In this document: positions 17,709 to 27,376 of the stretch, one piece after another | How positions within the stretch are numbered: the first letter of the stretch is position 1 | How the letters are laid out: every line of letters begins with the position of its first letter | Assembly: GCA_049282375.1 (NCBI GenBank) | Contig: JBAPTX010000022.1 | Span: 1-37,132 of the forward strand | Length of the DNA: 37,132 nucleotides | Direction: 5' to 3' | Source of the DNA: Calditrichia bacterium | GTDB taxonomy: Bacteria; Calditrichota; Calditrichia; RBG-13-44-9 | Position numbers and translations under genes: made by a program | The notes under the pieces: generated by a model | Told to the model about the DNA's origin: nothing | The model's input: only the letters and a program-made list of their open reading frames with translations | Database searches by the model: none

Positions 17709-18662
17709 ATGCATGTAATTGAAGCAATCAGAAATGCCGCCGAGCCTTTTATCTCCCTGGAAATCACCCCTCCCAACCGGGGGCAGAGCATTGAAGATAT
17801 TTTTAAAGTTATCGATAATTTGATTGAATTCCATCCTGCTTTTGTAAATGTAACCTACCACCAGCCACATGTTTCTTATGAAGAAAGGGACGGGGTTATT
17901 TACCGGGTGCCCAAACGCAAAAAACCGGGCACCGTCGGCATTTGTGCGGCCATTATGAACCGCTTTAAAATCAATACTGTGCCCCACTTTATCTGCGGCG
18001 GGTTCAGTAAATATGAAACAGAAGATGCTTTAATTGACCTCCACTACCTTGGAATTGAAAATATTTTTCTGGTCAGGGGCGACCCTCCTCCGGGTCAGTC
18101 TCTTTTCATTCCGGAACGGGACGGGCACAATTATGCCAACGAGCTGGTTCGCCAGGTTGTAAATATGAATAAGAGTGTTTATCTGGTGCCGCTGGAAAAT
18201 GCCCAGCCGACCAATTTCTGCATCGGGGTAGCCGGGTATCCGGAGAAGCATTATGAGGCCCCAAACCTGGAAAAAGATCTAAAAGCGCTCAAAAGAAAAG
18301 TCGATGAAGGTGCTCACTATATTATTTCCCAAATGTTTTTTGATTTCAATGTATTTAAAAACTTCGTGGAAAAAGCGCGCACCATCGGCATCAATGTACC
18401 CATTCTGCCCGGAATCAAACCCATTACCAGTCTGGGGCAGTTAAACAGCCTGCCCCGCAATTTTTTTATTTCTCTTCCTGATGATCTGGTAAACAGTATT
18501 GAAGAAGCCCGTACTCCTGCCGAAGCACGAAAGCGGGGCATTGAATATACCATAAAGCTGGGCCGGCAGCTTATTGAATACGGAGTGCCCGGAATTCATA
18601 TTTATACGATGGGCAAGGGAGTTTCAACATATGAAACATTAAAAGGACTTTTCTCCGGATAG
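17709..18662 (+). CDS. metF: Methylenetetrahydrofolate reductase
   Basis: 317 aa. Contains FISLEITPP, VNVTYH, PHFICGG and the MFFD motif typical of MetF/MTHFR. Confidence 0.85.
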   Translation: MHVIEAIRNAAEPFISLEITPPNRGQSIEDIFKVIDNLIEFHPAFVNVTYHQPHVSYEERDGVIYRVPKRKKPGTVGICAAIMNRFKINTVPHFICGGFSKYETEDALIDLHYLGIENIFLVRGDPPPGQSLFIPERDGHNYANELVRQVVNMNKSVYLVPLENAQPTNFCIGVAGYPEKHYEAPNLEKDLKALKRKVDEGAHYIISQMFFDFNVFKNFVEKARTIGINVPILPGIKPITSLGQLNSLPRNFFISLPDDLVNSIEEARTPAEARKRGIEYTIKLGRQLIEYGVPGIHIYTMGKGVSTYETLKGLFSG

Positions 18663-18820
18663 GTACCCTTTTGCTGTATTAATAAAAACCGCAATAAAAC
18701 GGATAATATGTGACCCTGACCTAACCCAGAATACTAATTTTATTTTTCATATTTGCACCTGCAACATTTGGTTATATTCTTAAGATAATTTTCGTTTTAG
18801 AGAAAGCCAGGAGGTCGCTG

Positions 18821-20017
18821 TTGGATATATTTGAAAAATGCAGAAAATTTACCCGTGCAAAAGAAGTAATGGAACAGGGAATTTATCCGTATTTTAAACC
18901 TATCCGCGAAAATTATGGTCCGCATGTGGTGATGGAAGGAAAAGAAATCATCATGATCGGATCCAATAATTACCTCGGCCTGACCCGTGATCCGCGGGTA
19001 AAAGAAGCGGCCGTTAAAGCAATTGAAAAATATGGCACAAGTTGTTCCGGCTCACGATTTTTAAACGGAACGCTGGAACTTCATGAGGAACTGGAAGAAA
19101 AGCTGGCTAAATTTGTGAGGAAGGAAGCGGCATTATGTTTCAGCACGGGATATCAGTCTAACCTTGGAGCGATTTCCACCCTGATGTCTGCAGAGGATGT
19201 TATTATAACGGACAAAACCAACCATGCCAGTATTTTTGACGGCATTTTTTTATCTGCCGGGCTGCACCGCGGCGGAATTGTTAAACGCTACAAGCATAAC
19301 AACATGGAAGACCTTGAGCGGGTTCTCAGCGCCCTGAACCCGGATTTACCACGAATGATTATCACCGATGGCGTCTTCAGTATGGAAGGCGACATTGTGA
19401 ACCTGCCCCGTATGGCGGAGCTGGCAAAAAAATATAATTCCCGCATTTATCTGGACGATGCCCACGGCCTGGGGGTGCTGGGGGAAACCGGCCGCGGTAC
19501 ACAGGAGCATTTCCAGCTTTTTGATGACATCGACCTGGTGATGTGTACTTTCAGCAAATCTTTTGCATCTCTGGGCGGATTTGTAGCCGGGAAATCAGAA
19601 GTAATTCATTACATTAAGCATCATTCCCGCCCACTGATATTCAGCGCCAGCATCCCGCCCGCCAACATTGCAACTGTATTGGCGACTCTGGAAATTATTC
19701 AGGAAGACCCCGGAATTGTGCGGCATTTGCAGCAGATTGGTGAACGTATGAAAAGAGAATATCAGGAGATCGGATTCAATACCGGGGAGTGCCAAACGCC
19801 TATTGTCCCGATTATTATCGGTGATGATTTAAAGACCTTCCAGTTCTGGCGCCAGCTTTATGAAGCGGGTGTTTACGCCAATCCGGTAATCAGCCCCGCA
19901 GTACCGCCGGACAAGGCACTGATCCGCACTTCGTATATGGCCACACATTCTGAGGATGATCTCGACCGCGTGCTTCAGACATTTAAAAAAATCGGCAGGG
20001 AAATGAACATCATTTAA
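18821..20017 (+). CDS. PLP-dependent alpha-oxoamine synthase, serine palmitoyltransferase-like
   Basis: 398 aa. TTG start with AGGAGG 6 nt upstream. GSNNYLGL, GSRFLNGT, FSTGYQSNLG, DDAHG and the PLP-lysine motif TFSKSF resemble bacterial SPT (GSRMLNGT / FSTGYMANLG / TFSKS) more closely than BioF or Kbl. Confidence 0.8.
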   Translation: MDIFEKCRKFTRAKEVMEQGIYPYFKPIRENYGPHVVMEGKEIIMIGSNNYLGLTRDPRVKEAAVKAIEKYGTSCSGSRFLNGTLELHEELEEKLAKFVRKEAALCFSTGYQSNLGAISTLMSAEDVIITDKTNHASIFDGIFLSAGLHRGGIVKRYKHNNMEDLERVLSALNPDLPRMIITDGVFSMEGDIVNLPRMAELAKKYNSRIYLDDAHGLGVLGETGRGTQEHFQLFDDIDLVMCTFSKSFASLGGFVAGKSEVIHYIKHHSRPLIFSASIPPANIATVLATLEIIQEDPGIVRHLQQIGERMKREYQEIGFNTGECQTPIVPIIIGDDLKTFQFWRQLYEAGVYANPVISPAVPPDKALIRTSYMATHSEDDLDRVLQTFKKIGREMNII

Positions 20018-20087
20018 TTTGATCTCCTTCGCTGCTTCACCCGGAACGGGGGCAAAAATTTTCAAGCTCATTCAATAAGGAGAAAAC

Positions 20088-21212
20088 ATGAGCAGGATTT
20101 CCATTAAAACAGTAGATAGCCGCGGCGATCTTCTGGATTTTATCCGCCTATCCTGGAAAATAAATGCCAATGATCCCAACTGGGTGCCGCCCTTGCTGAT
20201 GGACCGCCTGAAGGTCCTCGATAAAGAAAAAAATCCCTTCTTTCAACATGCCGAAGCCCAATATTTTCTGGCGCTGAGAGACGGCAAAGTGGTGGGGCGG
20301 ATTGCCGCTATTATCAATGAAAAACATAATGAATTTCATCAGGATAATATTGGTTTCTTTGGTTTTCTGGAAGGGATAGAAGACCGGGAAGTTTTCCGCC
20401 GGCTGCTGGATACCGCTGCTGACTGGCTGCGCGAGCGCGGTAAAGACCGTATGCTCGGCCCGGTAAACCCGTCCACCAACGATGAAATCGGGATCCTGAT
20501 TGACGGGTTTGACACACCGCCGTATTTCATGATGACGCATAATTATCCCTATTATCCGCGTATAATGGATGAACTGGGATTCAGTAAAGCAAAAGATGTA
20601 CTGGCTTACAGGATTACCAGCGACACCATAAAGATATCCGACAAGCTGCTGCAGGTAACGGAAGCCACCCGCAAAAAATTGAATGTCAATATCCGTTCGG
20701 TGGATATGAATAACTTTGCGGAGGAACTGGACAGAATTCGCCAGGTCTATAATGCCGCCTGGGAAAAAAACTGGGGTTTTGTGCCCATGACTCCGGCGGA
20801 ATTTGATTTCATTGCAGAAGATTTCCGCAAAATTCTTGATCCCGAACTGGTGCTGCTGGCGGAAGTGGAGGGGAAAGCCATTGGATTTTCGCTGGCGCTT
20901 CCCAATTATAATGAAGTATTCGCCAAAATTCCCAGCGGCCGCCTTTTTCCCTTCGGCTGGCTCACTTTTCTGCGGCACCGCAAAAAAATTTCCACCCTGC
21001 GCATCATTACCCTGGGCGTAATTCAAAAGTATCAGCAGGCCGGAATCGGGGGCATGTTTTATTTGGAGACTTTCCGGCGGGGAGTGAAAAACGGCTATTT
21101 TACAGGCGAAATGTCCTGGATTTTAGAAGATAATGAATTAATGGTCCGCTCGGCCCGGCTGCTGGGCGGCGATCCATACAAAACCTACCGTATTTACGAA
21201 AAAGAATTATAA
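20088..21212 (+). CDS. Large GNAT-fold N-acyltransferase family protein
   Basis: 374 aa. AAGGAG RBS. C-terminal GVIQKYQQAGIGGMFY...EMSWILEDNELM fits GNAT motif A (Q/R-x-x-G-x-G/A). It begins 70 nt downstream of the SPT-like gene. Confidence 0.65.
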   Translation: MSRISIKTVDSRGDLLDFIRLSWKINANDPNWVPPLLMDRLKVLDKEKNPFFQHAEAQYFLALRDGKVVGRIAAIINEKHNEFHQDNIGFFGFLEGIEDREVFRRLLDTAADWLRERGKDRMLGPVNPSTNDEIGILIDGFDTPPYFMMTHNYPYYPRIMDELGFSKAKDVLAYRITSDTIKISDKLLQVTEATRKKLNVNIRSVDMNNFAEELDRIRQVYNAAWEKNWGFVPMTPAEFDFIAEDFRKILDPELVLLAEVEGKAIGFSLALPNYNEVFAKIPSGRLFPFGWLTFLRHRKKISTLRIITLGVIQKYQQAGIGGMFYLETFRRGVKNGYFTGEMSWILEDNELMVRSARLLGGDPYKTYRIYEKEL

Positions 21213-21246
21213 ATCAGGAAATTGTTTCGATTCTGCTCTGGTTTTA

Positions 21247-22302
21247 TTAAACAATATCCGAGAGCTGCAACTGGGGCGAAATCAGGTTATTGCGGCGCAT
21301 TTTTTCAAATGATTTTTCAAAAGTCAGCATGCCCCGTTCGGCGCCGGTTTGGATTGCCGAATCAATTTGATAGGTTTTTCCCTCACGGATCAGATTCTTT
21401 ACCGCAGTAGTGGCAATCATAATTTCCATTAGAGCGGTACGGTCGTTTTTAAAAGCCATTGGCACCAAACGCTGTGCTATTACGCCAATCAGCGTGTTTG
21501 CCAGAATTGCCCGGATCTGCTGCTGCTGTGCGGCGGGAAAAACATCCACCATACGGTCTATGCTTTCGGCGGCGGAATTAGTGTGAAGAGTGGAAAGCAC
21601 CAACTGGCCGGTTTCCGCCGCCTGCAGGGCGTACTGAATGGTTTCCATATCCCGCATTTCACCCAGAAGAATGACATCGGGATCTTCACGCAGGGCATTC
21701 ATTATTGCTTTGGCATAGGATTCGGTATGGATGCGCACCTCACGCTGGTGGATCATGCATTGCAGCGGCTGGTGAATGTATTCCACCGGATCTTCAACGG
21801 TGATAATATGGTCGCGGCGCTGCTGATTTATTTCATGCAGCATAGCGGCAAGTGTAGTCGATTTTCCGCTGCCGGCGGGACCGGTCACCAGAATCATTCC
21901 TTTTTTACGGCTTACAAGCTGTTTAATCACCTGAGGCATCATCAGATCATCCAGGGAGCGGATTTGCTGGGGAAACAGACGAAAAGCACCGGCAATACCG
22001 TAAAAGTGATCGTAAATATTGCCGCGGACGCGGGCAGTGTCATCCATCGAAAAAGCCAGATCCACTTCGTGGCAGGTTTCGTACCTCTGCTTCAAATTTT
22101 TGTTCAACAGTTCCAGCAAAGCACCGCTTAATTCCCGGTGGGGCACTGCCGGTATGTCCACCCGCTTAAATTCTCCCATTATGCGCAGCACCGGCTGCTG
22201 ACCGCTGCTGAAATGCACATCGGAAGCGTTGTTCTGCACCCCAAAACGGATGATGTCCTTTATCAGACCGTTACTGACAGTTTCCAAGTTGTTATCCTTC
22301 AC
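21247..22302 (-). CDS. pilT: Type IV pilus retraction ATPase PilT
   Basis: 351 aa. ASDVHF, Walker A GPAGSGKSTT, Asp box, and the His box STLHTNSAAESIDR followed by AILANTLIGVIAQRLV. Confidence 0.9.
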   Translation of the reverse strand: MKDNNLETVSNGLIKDIIRFGVQNNASDVHFSSGQQPVLRIMGEFKRVDIPAVPHRELSGALLELLNKNLKQRYETCHEVDLAFSMDDTARVRGNIYDHFYGIAGAFRLFPQQIRSLDDLMMPQVIKQLVSRKKGMILVTGPAGSGKSTTLAAMLHEINQQRRDHIITVEDPVEYIHQPLQCMIHQREVRIHTESYAKAIMNALREDPDVILLGEMRDMETIQYALQAAETGQLVLSTLHTNSAAESIDRMVDVFPAAQQQQIRAILANTLIGVIAQRLVPMAFKNDRTALMEIMIATTAVKNLIREGKTYQIDSAIQTGAERGMLTFEKSFEKMRRNNLISPQLQLSDIV

Positions 22303-23587
22303 TGTTTGCTGAAATAATAGTGGGAGTTATAAATATCAGCAGGTCCGATTTTTCCTTTTTTGTGGTGGTATGGCGGAAGAGATAGCCCAGCAGCGGGATA
22401 TCTCCCAGCAGCCATATCTTCTCCACAATTTTATTTTCAGACTCTTTAAGCAACCCGCCGATGGCCAGTGTTTCTCCGGGGCGGACGGAAACCTGTGTTT
22501 TCACTTCCCGCCGGGAGGTAATTGGCTGCGGGAAATCGGAAGTACCTGTGTAACCGATAATTTCTTCTAGGCGGGGATGAACGGAAAGCTGTATCACCTG
22601 ATCATCATTGACCCGCGGAATCACTTCCACAAACATGCTGACCTGCTTTTCTTTATAAGAGATCAAATCACCGCTGATGCCGCGGGAAACTTCCGGAACG
22701 GGAATTGTCGTCCCCACATCAATGGTGGCCTTTTTATTGTTAACTGTGGTGATTTTTGGATTGGAAACCAGGCGGCTGCTGTTATCCTGCGCCAGCAGTT
22801 CCAGTGTTGCCCGCAATTCATCAACCGTCAGCACCCCCCAAGTAACATCATCATTAATGCTGGGCAGTTCGTACCAGGCGGACAGATACCGCTGCTGCTG
22901 CTGTGCCGAATTGGACTTGGTAATGGGTGCGGTCACTTCTCCGCCGGTAAGGGAAGTCCCCACTTTTGTGGGCCAATTGAATCCAACCTGCGTGTTATTG
23001 CCGACCAGCCGTTCCACCAGCTTTACTTCTATCTGCAACTGCAGCGGTTCGGTATCCATACCGGCAATCAGCTTTTCCATTTTATTCAGATTTTCCCAGA
23101 CATCCGTCACCACCAGAATGTCCGACCGGCGTAAAATTTCATCTTTCTCATTCTCCGAAATAAGCGGCTGGATTTTTCCTTTGCTTGAAAGTAAAGGGGC
23201 AACGGTGGTTTCCAGTTGAAAACCATCCAGATAATTCAACTTGAAAATACGGGTCTCCAGCTCACCGTTCACTTCCAGCTCGAATGGTTTAACCAGCAGA
23301 ATTTCGTTTTGAACAACGTAATGATACCCGTGAGATTTCAAAATGGCATTCAGCGCGTCTGCAAGGGAAACATCGGTGAGCTGAATAGTCACCGCCCCGT
23401 TTACAGTGGAGCCCACCACCAGATTCAATCCGTTTTGCCGGGCCAGCAGCCGCAGCACATCCGGAAGCGAAGTATTTTGAAAGTGGGCGCTGATCTTCCG
23501 GTTTAAGGTTTCCTGCAAACCGGGCTGCGCCTGAATACAGGTTACAGCCATCATCATCAGCAGGATTAACATCCGAAGCAATTCCAT
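22292..23587 (-). CDS. pilQ: Secretin (PilQ/GspD family), short form
   Basis: 431 aa with a signal peptide. N-terminal LPDVLRLLARQNGLNLVV domain. C-terminal secretin core (RPGETLAIGGLL...IPLLGYLF...DLLIFITPTII). No AMIN-like repeats. Confidence 0.85.
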   Translation of the reverse strand: MELLRMLILLMMMAVTCIQAQPGLQETLNRKISAHFQNTSLPDVLRLLARQNGLNLVVGSTVNGAVTIQLTDVSLADALNAILKSHGYHYVVQNEILLVKPFELEVNGELETRIFKLNYLDGFQLETTVAPLLSSKGKIQPLISENEKDEILRRSDILVVTDVWENLNKMEKLIAGMDTEPLQLQIEVKLVERLVGNNTQVGFNWPTKVGTSLTGGEVTAPITKSNSAQQQQRYLSAWYELPSINDDVTWGVLTVDELRATLELLAQDNSSRLVSNPKITTVNNKKATIDVGTTIPVPEVSRGISGDLISYKEKQVSMFVEVIPRVNDDQVIQLSVHPRLEEIIGYTGTSDFPQPITSRREVKTQVSVRPGETLAIGGLLKESENKIVEKIWLLGDIPLLGYLFRHTTTKKEKSDLLIFITPTIISANSEG

Positions 23588-23605
23588 CCGTGAGCTCCTC
23601 TTGGA

Positions 23606-24058
23606 TTATTTCAAAGTTAATATTTTTGAACCGTTTTTTCCGCTCAGAACCACCCGTTGCGGATCGATACTTTTCACGCGGTATCCTGAAATATATTCTC
23701 CTACTTTCAGAATACGGTCATTAATCATTACCACAGACCCCGGTCCGGTGTAACTGATGGCCTGCAGATTCAAATATATCTGCGGGCTGCTTTTCACCTT
23801 CTTCACCAGCGGTTTATCTTTCGGTTTTTCATAAAAGGGATCACTCCCCCAGCCCAGGTTATATTCCGGGCTAACCGTTGCCTGGTCTGTGGCCGCCAAC
23901 TTGCCGGAGTTTATAACTTTGCCCTGCACAACCGGTTTTTTGCTGCTGTAGAATCCGGCGTAAGTTTCCCAGTTGGTTACCCCTTCATAAACGGCATAGC
24001 AAAGGGCCAGCATCAATATGAGCATCATCCGTTTCTGGCTTTTATTTAATTTATTCAT
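23606..24058 (-). CDS. PilP/GspC-like small inner-membrane-anchored pilus assembly protein
   Basis: The track ORF starts at 24115, but ATG at 24058 (MNKLNKSQKRMMLILMLALCYAV) overlaps the pilO stop as ATGAATAA and precedes the single TM segment. C-terminal AISYTG..VVMINDRILKVGEYISGYRVKSIDPQRVVL resembles the PilP/GspC/MshK homology region. Confidence 0.55.
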   Translation of the reverse strand: MNKLNKSQKRMMLILMLALCYAVYEGVTNWETYAGFYSSKKPVVQGKVINSGKLAATDQATVSPEYNLGWGSDPFYEKPKDKPLVKKVKSSPQIYLNLQAISYTGPGSVVMINDRILKVGEYISGYRVKSIDPQRVVLSGKNGSKILTLK

Positions 24059-24611
24059 CTGCGGCCTTCCCATTCCAGGTATATAAACTGGTGGTAACTG
24101 TGGCGGTAACATCATTATCGCCTGGATTCAGTTTCTCCAGCACAATCTCGCGGGGAATCAAAAAATAATCGAACCGGGAAAAATCATCCAGAAAACGGCC
24201 GATATTCAAATAGCGTCCGCGCAGGCTAATCATTACCGGCAGCGCTTTTACCTTTTCGTTTCCTTCCGAACTGAAATAACTTTCCAGCACCGGGGTGAAA
24301 TCATAAATTTCCAAACTGTTCTGGGCGGCTTTTTCCTGCAGTACAGCAGTTAATTCCACTAAATTGTCCTGTTGAATAATGCGGTTTTCTATTTTGGTCA
24401 AATCATCCTGTACCCGCTCGCGGCGCTGCCGGATCAATTCCAGGTCCTGTTTGGCCCGCTGGGCAACCCTGAGCTTATTTGTAACTTCAGCAAAATGAAG
24501 CCTCGTTTTTTTCAGCTCCAGATTCAACGGCTGTTTGTAAAAAGTGAACCATAGAACTGAACTGATTACAAATGTCACGACAATAATTAAAAACCATTTT
24601 CGGGAATTCAT
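24051..24611 (-). CDS. pilO: PilO/GspM-like pilus assembly protein
   Basis: 186 aa. N-terminal TM segment (WFLIIVVTFVISSVLWFTF), a coiled-coil segment, then a C-terminal ferredoxin-like region. Its position falls between the PilMN and PilP-like genes. Confidence 0.65.
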   Translation of the reverse strand: MNSRKWFLIIVVTFVISSVLWFTFYKQPLNLELKKTRLHFAEVTNKLRVAQRAKQDLELIRQRRERVQDDLTKIENRIIQQDNLVELTAVLQEKAAQNSLEIYDFTPVLESYFSSEGNEKVKALPVMISLRGRYLNIGRFLDDFSRFDYFLIPREIVLEKLNPGDNDVTATVTTSLYTWNGKAADE

Positions 24612-24625
24612 TTTTTCCTGCTATT

Positions 24626-26431
24626 TTATAAAAAACATTCTATTTCAAATTCGAACCGCTGTTTATCTGCCTGTTTACTTTTTGAAACCAGCCGGATATC
24701 ACGGAAATAATTCAGATGTTTTAAATGCTGAATAAAGTTTATCAAATTTACATCCGCCACCAGATAATCCCCCTTAATTATGCCAATGGCCTTAATGCGG
24801 TAGCGGGAATTCTGCTGTTCCGCGGCAATGTTCTTTTTACCCGCAGCCGGCGGAATAGTGTTAAACTGAAGCCGGTTGAGACGCACCTGCTCCGGTAATT
24901 CATTGGAAAAAAGCTTCATCACTTCTATTAACTCCGGAACAGGTTTAACCGGAGCTAACAGGAGATTTTTTTCATTCTGTGTTTCTTTTACAATTTTCAA
25001 TTCATCCTGATACTGCTGCTCCAGAGGATCCAGGTTTAAATAGGCCTGCTCGGTTTCCAGAGTTCTGGATTGTAAAATACTGATCTGTTTTTTCAGGGAA
25101 AAGGTGTGCAGTGCCATAAGTCCGCCTGCGGCAAGCATTACCAGCAAAGCAAAAAATGATAAATTACGAAACAGTTGTCTGGAGCGGATTTCTTTGGGAA
25201 CCAGATTCATTCTGCCGGCGCTGGCAAGCCCGATACCCAGCGAACCCGCATATTCCGAATATTGGGTATGAATAGTATTTTCTTCGCTGAATTGCAGCGA
25301 CAGCCAATCCACCGGATATGGCAGATTGTATTTTAAATAGGTAAACAGGGAACTGAGTTTTACCCCTTCCCCGGATAAATACACATGGCTGATTTCATGA
25401 CCGCTGTTTTTGGATTTAAAAAATTCCACGGAACGCAGAATCTCACTGAGCAATTCCTGCAGCAGCGGATTGTGATGCGATTTCAATTTATTTACTTTTT
25501 GATGAAGCCGTGCTTTCAAGTCCGAAGCATTAACTTCACCGGTATCACTGCTCTCCCGTTCTGCTTTTTCTTCTTTGCTGGCGTTTCCATTGCCATTTGC
25601 AATTGCTTTTTGCAAGTTGCTTATACCCACCGCAAAATTGCGCACCAGCGTTAAATTTCCATTTTTCATAAAACAGATCTGTGTTGTATCGGAGGAAATG
25701 TCAATCAGGATATCCACTTCCTTATGGTGAATCAATTCCTGGTAAGCCCCCCGGAAGGCAAAGGGCCTCGGCAGTAAAACTTCCGGTGCGAGTCCCGCCT
25801 GCTGTAAAATATCCATATGCATTTTTACTACTTCCCGCGGCACCACCAGCACCAGCACCCGTACTTTAGGTGTATTTCCTTCATTAAATTTTTCAAGAAC
25901 TTCATATTTCCAGAGAGTGTCTTCGGTAAAGCTGGGCAGATCCGATTTATTTTTATAAAGAATAATTTTTTCTATTTCTGCATCTTTCAAGTGCGGAACT
26001 ACCAGTTGGCGAATATTTATATCAGGTGAAAAAAAAGAAACTTGTACGGCCATCCCGGAACGATAAACCTTTTCCCGGATCAGCTTCAGGGCAACTTCCA
26101 GAGAACGGTAGCGGTCCAGTTGATCATGCTGAAGGGATTCCATTCCCCATTGTTGCACATACATTTTTTCTTTGAACTTACGGGCCACCAGATAATAGAC
26201 GCTGTCGGTTCCGATATCCAGCAGCAGCAGTTTTTTGGCCATGATACGGTTTTTAAAAGGCAGCGGCCGGTAAAAGCAAAAATTATTATCGGGAATAAAA
26301 CCTTGCTCTGCGGATTCACCCATTTTTTTCTGCCGGCCAGACTCCGCCGGAGTTTCAGCAGACGGCGCATCCCGATTTGCGCCGTTTTTTAATTCAGTCT
26401 TCAGGTTTTCAGAATTTTGCATTATAAACAA
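24626..26431 (-). CDS. pilM: PilM-PilN fusion protein (GspL-like architecture)
   Basis: 601 aa. The actin-like PilM part starts around MAKKLLLLDIGTDS (aa 64) and runs to about aa 407. A PilN-type NLVP motif (aa 409-412), a TM segment (aa 424-444) and a periplasmic PilN-like domain follow. The true start is uncertain: TTG 26431, ATG 26422 or ATG 26242. Confidence 0.75.
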   Translation of the reverse strand: MFIMQNSENLKTELKNGANRDAPSAETPAESGRQKKMGESAEQGFIPDNNFCFYRPLPFKNRIMAKKLLLLDIGTDSVYYLVARKFKEKMYVQQWGMESLQHDQLDRYRSLEVALKLIREKVYRSGMAVQVSFFSPDINIRQLVVPHLKDAEIEKIILYKNKSDLPSFTEDTLWKYEVLEKFNEGNTPKVRVLVLVVPREVVKMHMDILQQAGLAPEVLLPRPFAFRGAYQELIHHKEVDILIDISSDTTQICFMKNGNLTLVRNFAVGISNLQKAIANGNGNASKEEKAERESSDTGEVNASDLKARLHQKVNKLKSHHNPLLQELLSEILRSVEFFKSKNSGHEISHVYLSGEGVKLSSLFTYLKYNLPYPVDWLSLQFSEENTIHTQYSEYAGSLGIGLASAGRMNLVPKEIRSRQLFRNLSFFALLVMLAAGGLMALHTFSLKKQISILQSRTLETEQAYLNLDPLEQQYQDELKIVKETQNEKNLLLAPVKPVPELIEVMKLFSNELPEQVRLNRLQFNTIPPAAGKKNIAAEQQNSRYRIKAIGIIKGDYLVADVNLINFIQHLKHLNYFRDIRLVSKSKQADKQRFEFEIECFL

Positions 26432-26440
26432 ATTCCATCT

Positions 26441-27376
26441 TTAATTAAGATTTTGCCAGCGATGGGATCTCATCAAAAGTGGGCCGCCGTTAATAGAATA
26501 CTGCATAAAATCCCGGATAATCTTCCGGTTGTGGATTACCCAAACACATTCCGAAATTTTAGGACCGCCGGATACCCGGCCTTCCGAAATAATTCCGCCG
26601 GTGGTAACAAAAATACCCTGTCCGGTTTTTTTGAATTCTTTTTTTGCTTCCGGCAAATAGTAAACCGTATTAAAGAAGATTTTAAGATTATACCAGTCCT
26701 TGGTTTTATGGTGCATTTTTCCCATCGATACAAAATAACCGTCCATGTTTAAATTCCAGGAATCGAAAGTCAGGTCTTTTTCAAAAAAAGCCAAACGGCT
26801 GGCGCCGAACGAAAAAACGGAAGATAATGTGTAATGTTTGGTGTAGTAGCGGTTGGGCTTGGATAAAGTGCGTAAATAGTCAATATCAAAATGCGGCATT
26901 ACCGGTGCATTGCTCATTATCAACGATGATGTCGGTGCACTGAACGAATCCGGGAGGGTGATTACATTTTCCACCTTATCGGCACTGTAAACGGCATAAT
27001 CGGACACATCGATATAGCTGAATTTGCGTTCCAGCCGCTTTACAAACTTACTGCTGTGCCCCTGCGCCAGCAGGCGAAGGCTGTCTTCATAAAAAAAGGC
27101 GCTCACTTCGCAGGTGGTGTTATCTCCGGTATCTATTGTTTCAGACCAGTTGCCTGTTTCTTCGGTATCTTGCTGCAGCACTGCTTTCATTCCATATTCC
27201 AACCCGGATTGTGCGGCATAAAAGGCCTGACGCTCCGAACCGGATAACGCCCCGATACTGCTGTCCGAGACGGTCAGAGTTACCAGGCTGAGTACCAGCA
27301 TTCCCAATATCAGCAGGAAGAATACACTGATAAGAAGGGCGCCGCCATTTTGATTTTTCCAGTTAATTCCGCACAT
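26441..27376 (-). CDS. PilX/GspK-like minor pilin-associated protein
   Basis: 311 aa. N-terminal GGALLISVFFLLILGMLVLSLVT followed by RQAFYAAQSGLEYG matches the PilX N-terminal pattern (hydrophobic helix, then A..AAEAGL). The C-terminal domain is unrecognised. Confidence 0.6.
   Translation of the reverse strand: MCGINWKNQNGGALLISVFFLLILGMLVLSLVTLTVSDSSIGALSGSERQAFYAAQSGLEYGMKAVLQQDTEETGNWSETIDTGDNTTCEVSAFFYEDSLRLLAQGHSSKFVKRLERKFSYIDVSDYAVYSADKVENVITLPDSFSAPTSSLIMSNAPVMPHFDIDYLRTLSKPNRYYTKHYTLSSVFSFGASRLAFFEKDLTFDSWNLNMDGYFVSMGKMHHKTKDWYNLKIFFNTVYYLPEAKKEFKKTGQGIFVTTGGIISEGRVSGGPKISECVWVIHNRKIIRDFMQYSINGGPLLMRSHRWQNLN

Noticed and set aside
20148-21026. 292-aa ORF on the minus strand lying entirely inside the GNAT gene
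   Set aside because: Its translation is low-complexity and has no recognisable motif, RBS or partner genes. The plus-strand frame has a clear GNAT motif, a good RBS and operon context. It looks like a long antisense open frame produced by codon bias.
21583-23219. Plus-strand ORFs of 180-185 aa (21583..22131, 22577..23134, 22677..23219) antisense to pilT and pilQ
   Set aside because: The minus-strand frames carry unmistakable PilT and secretin motifs. The antisense translations are Gly/His/Phe/Ile-rich nonsense, and two of them overlap each other in different frames.
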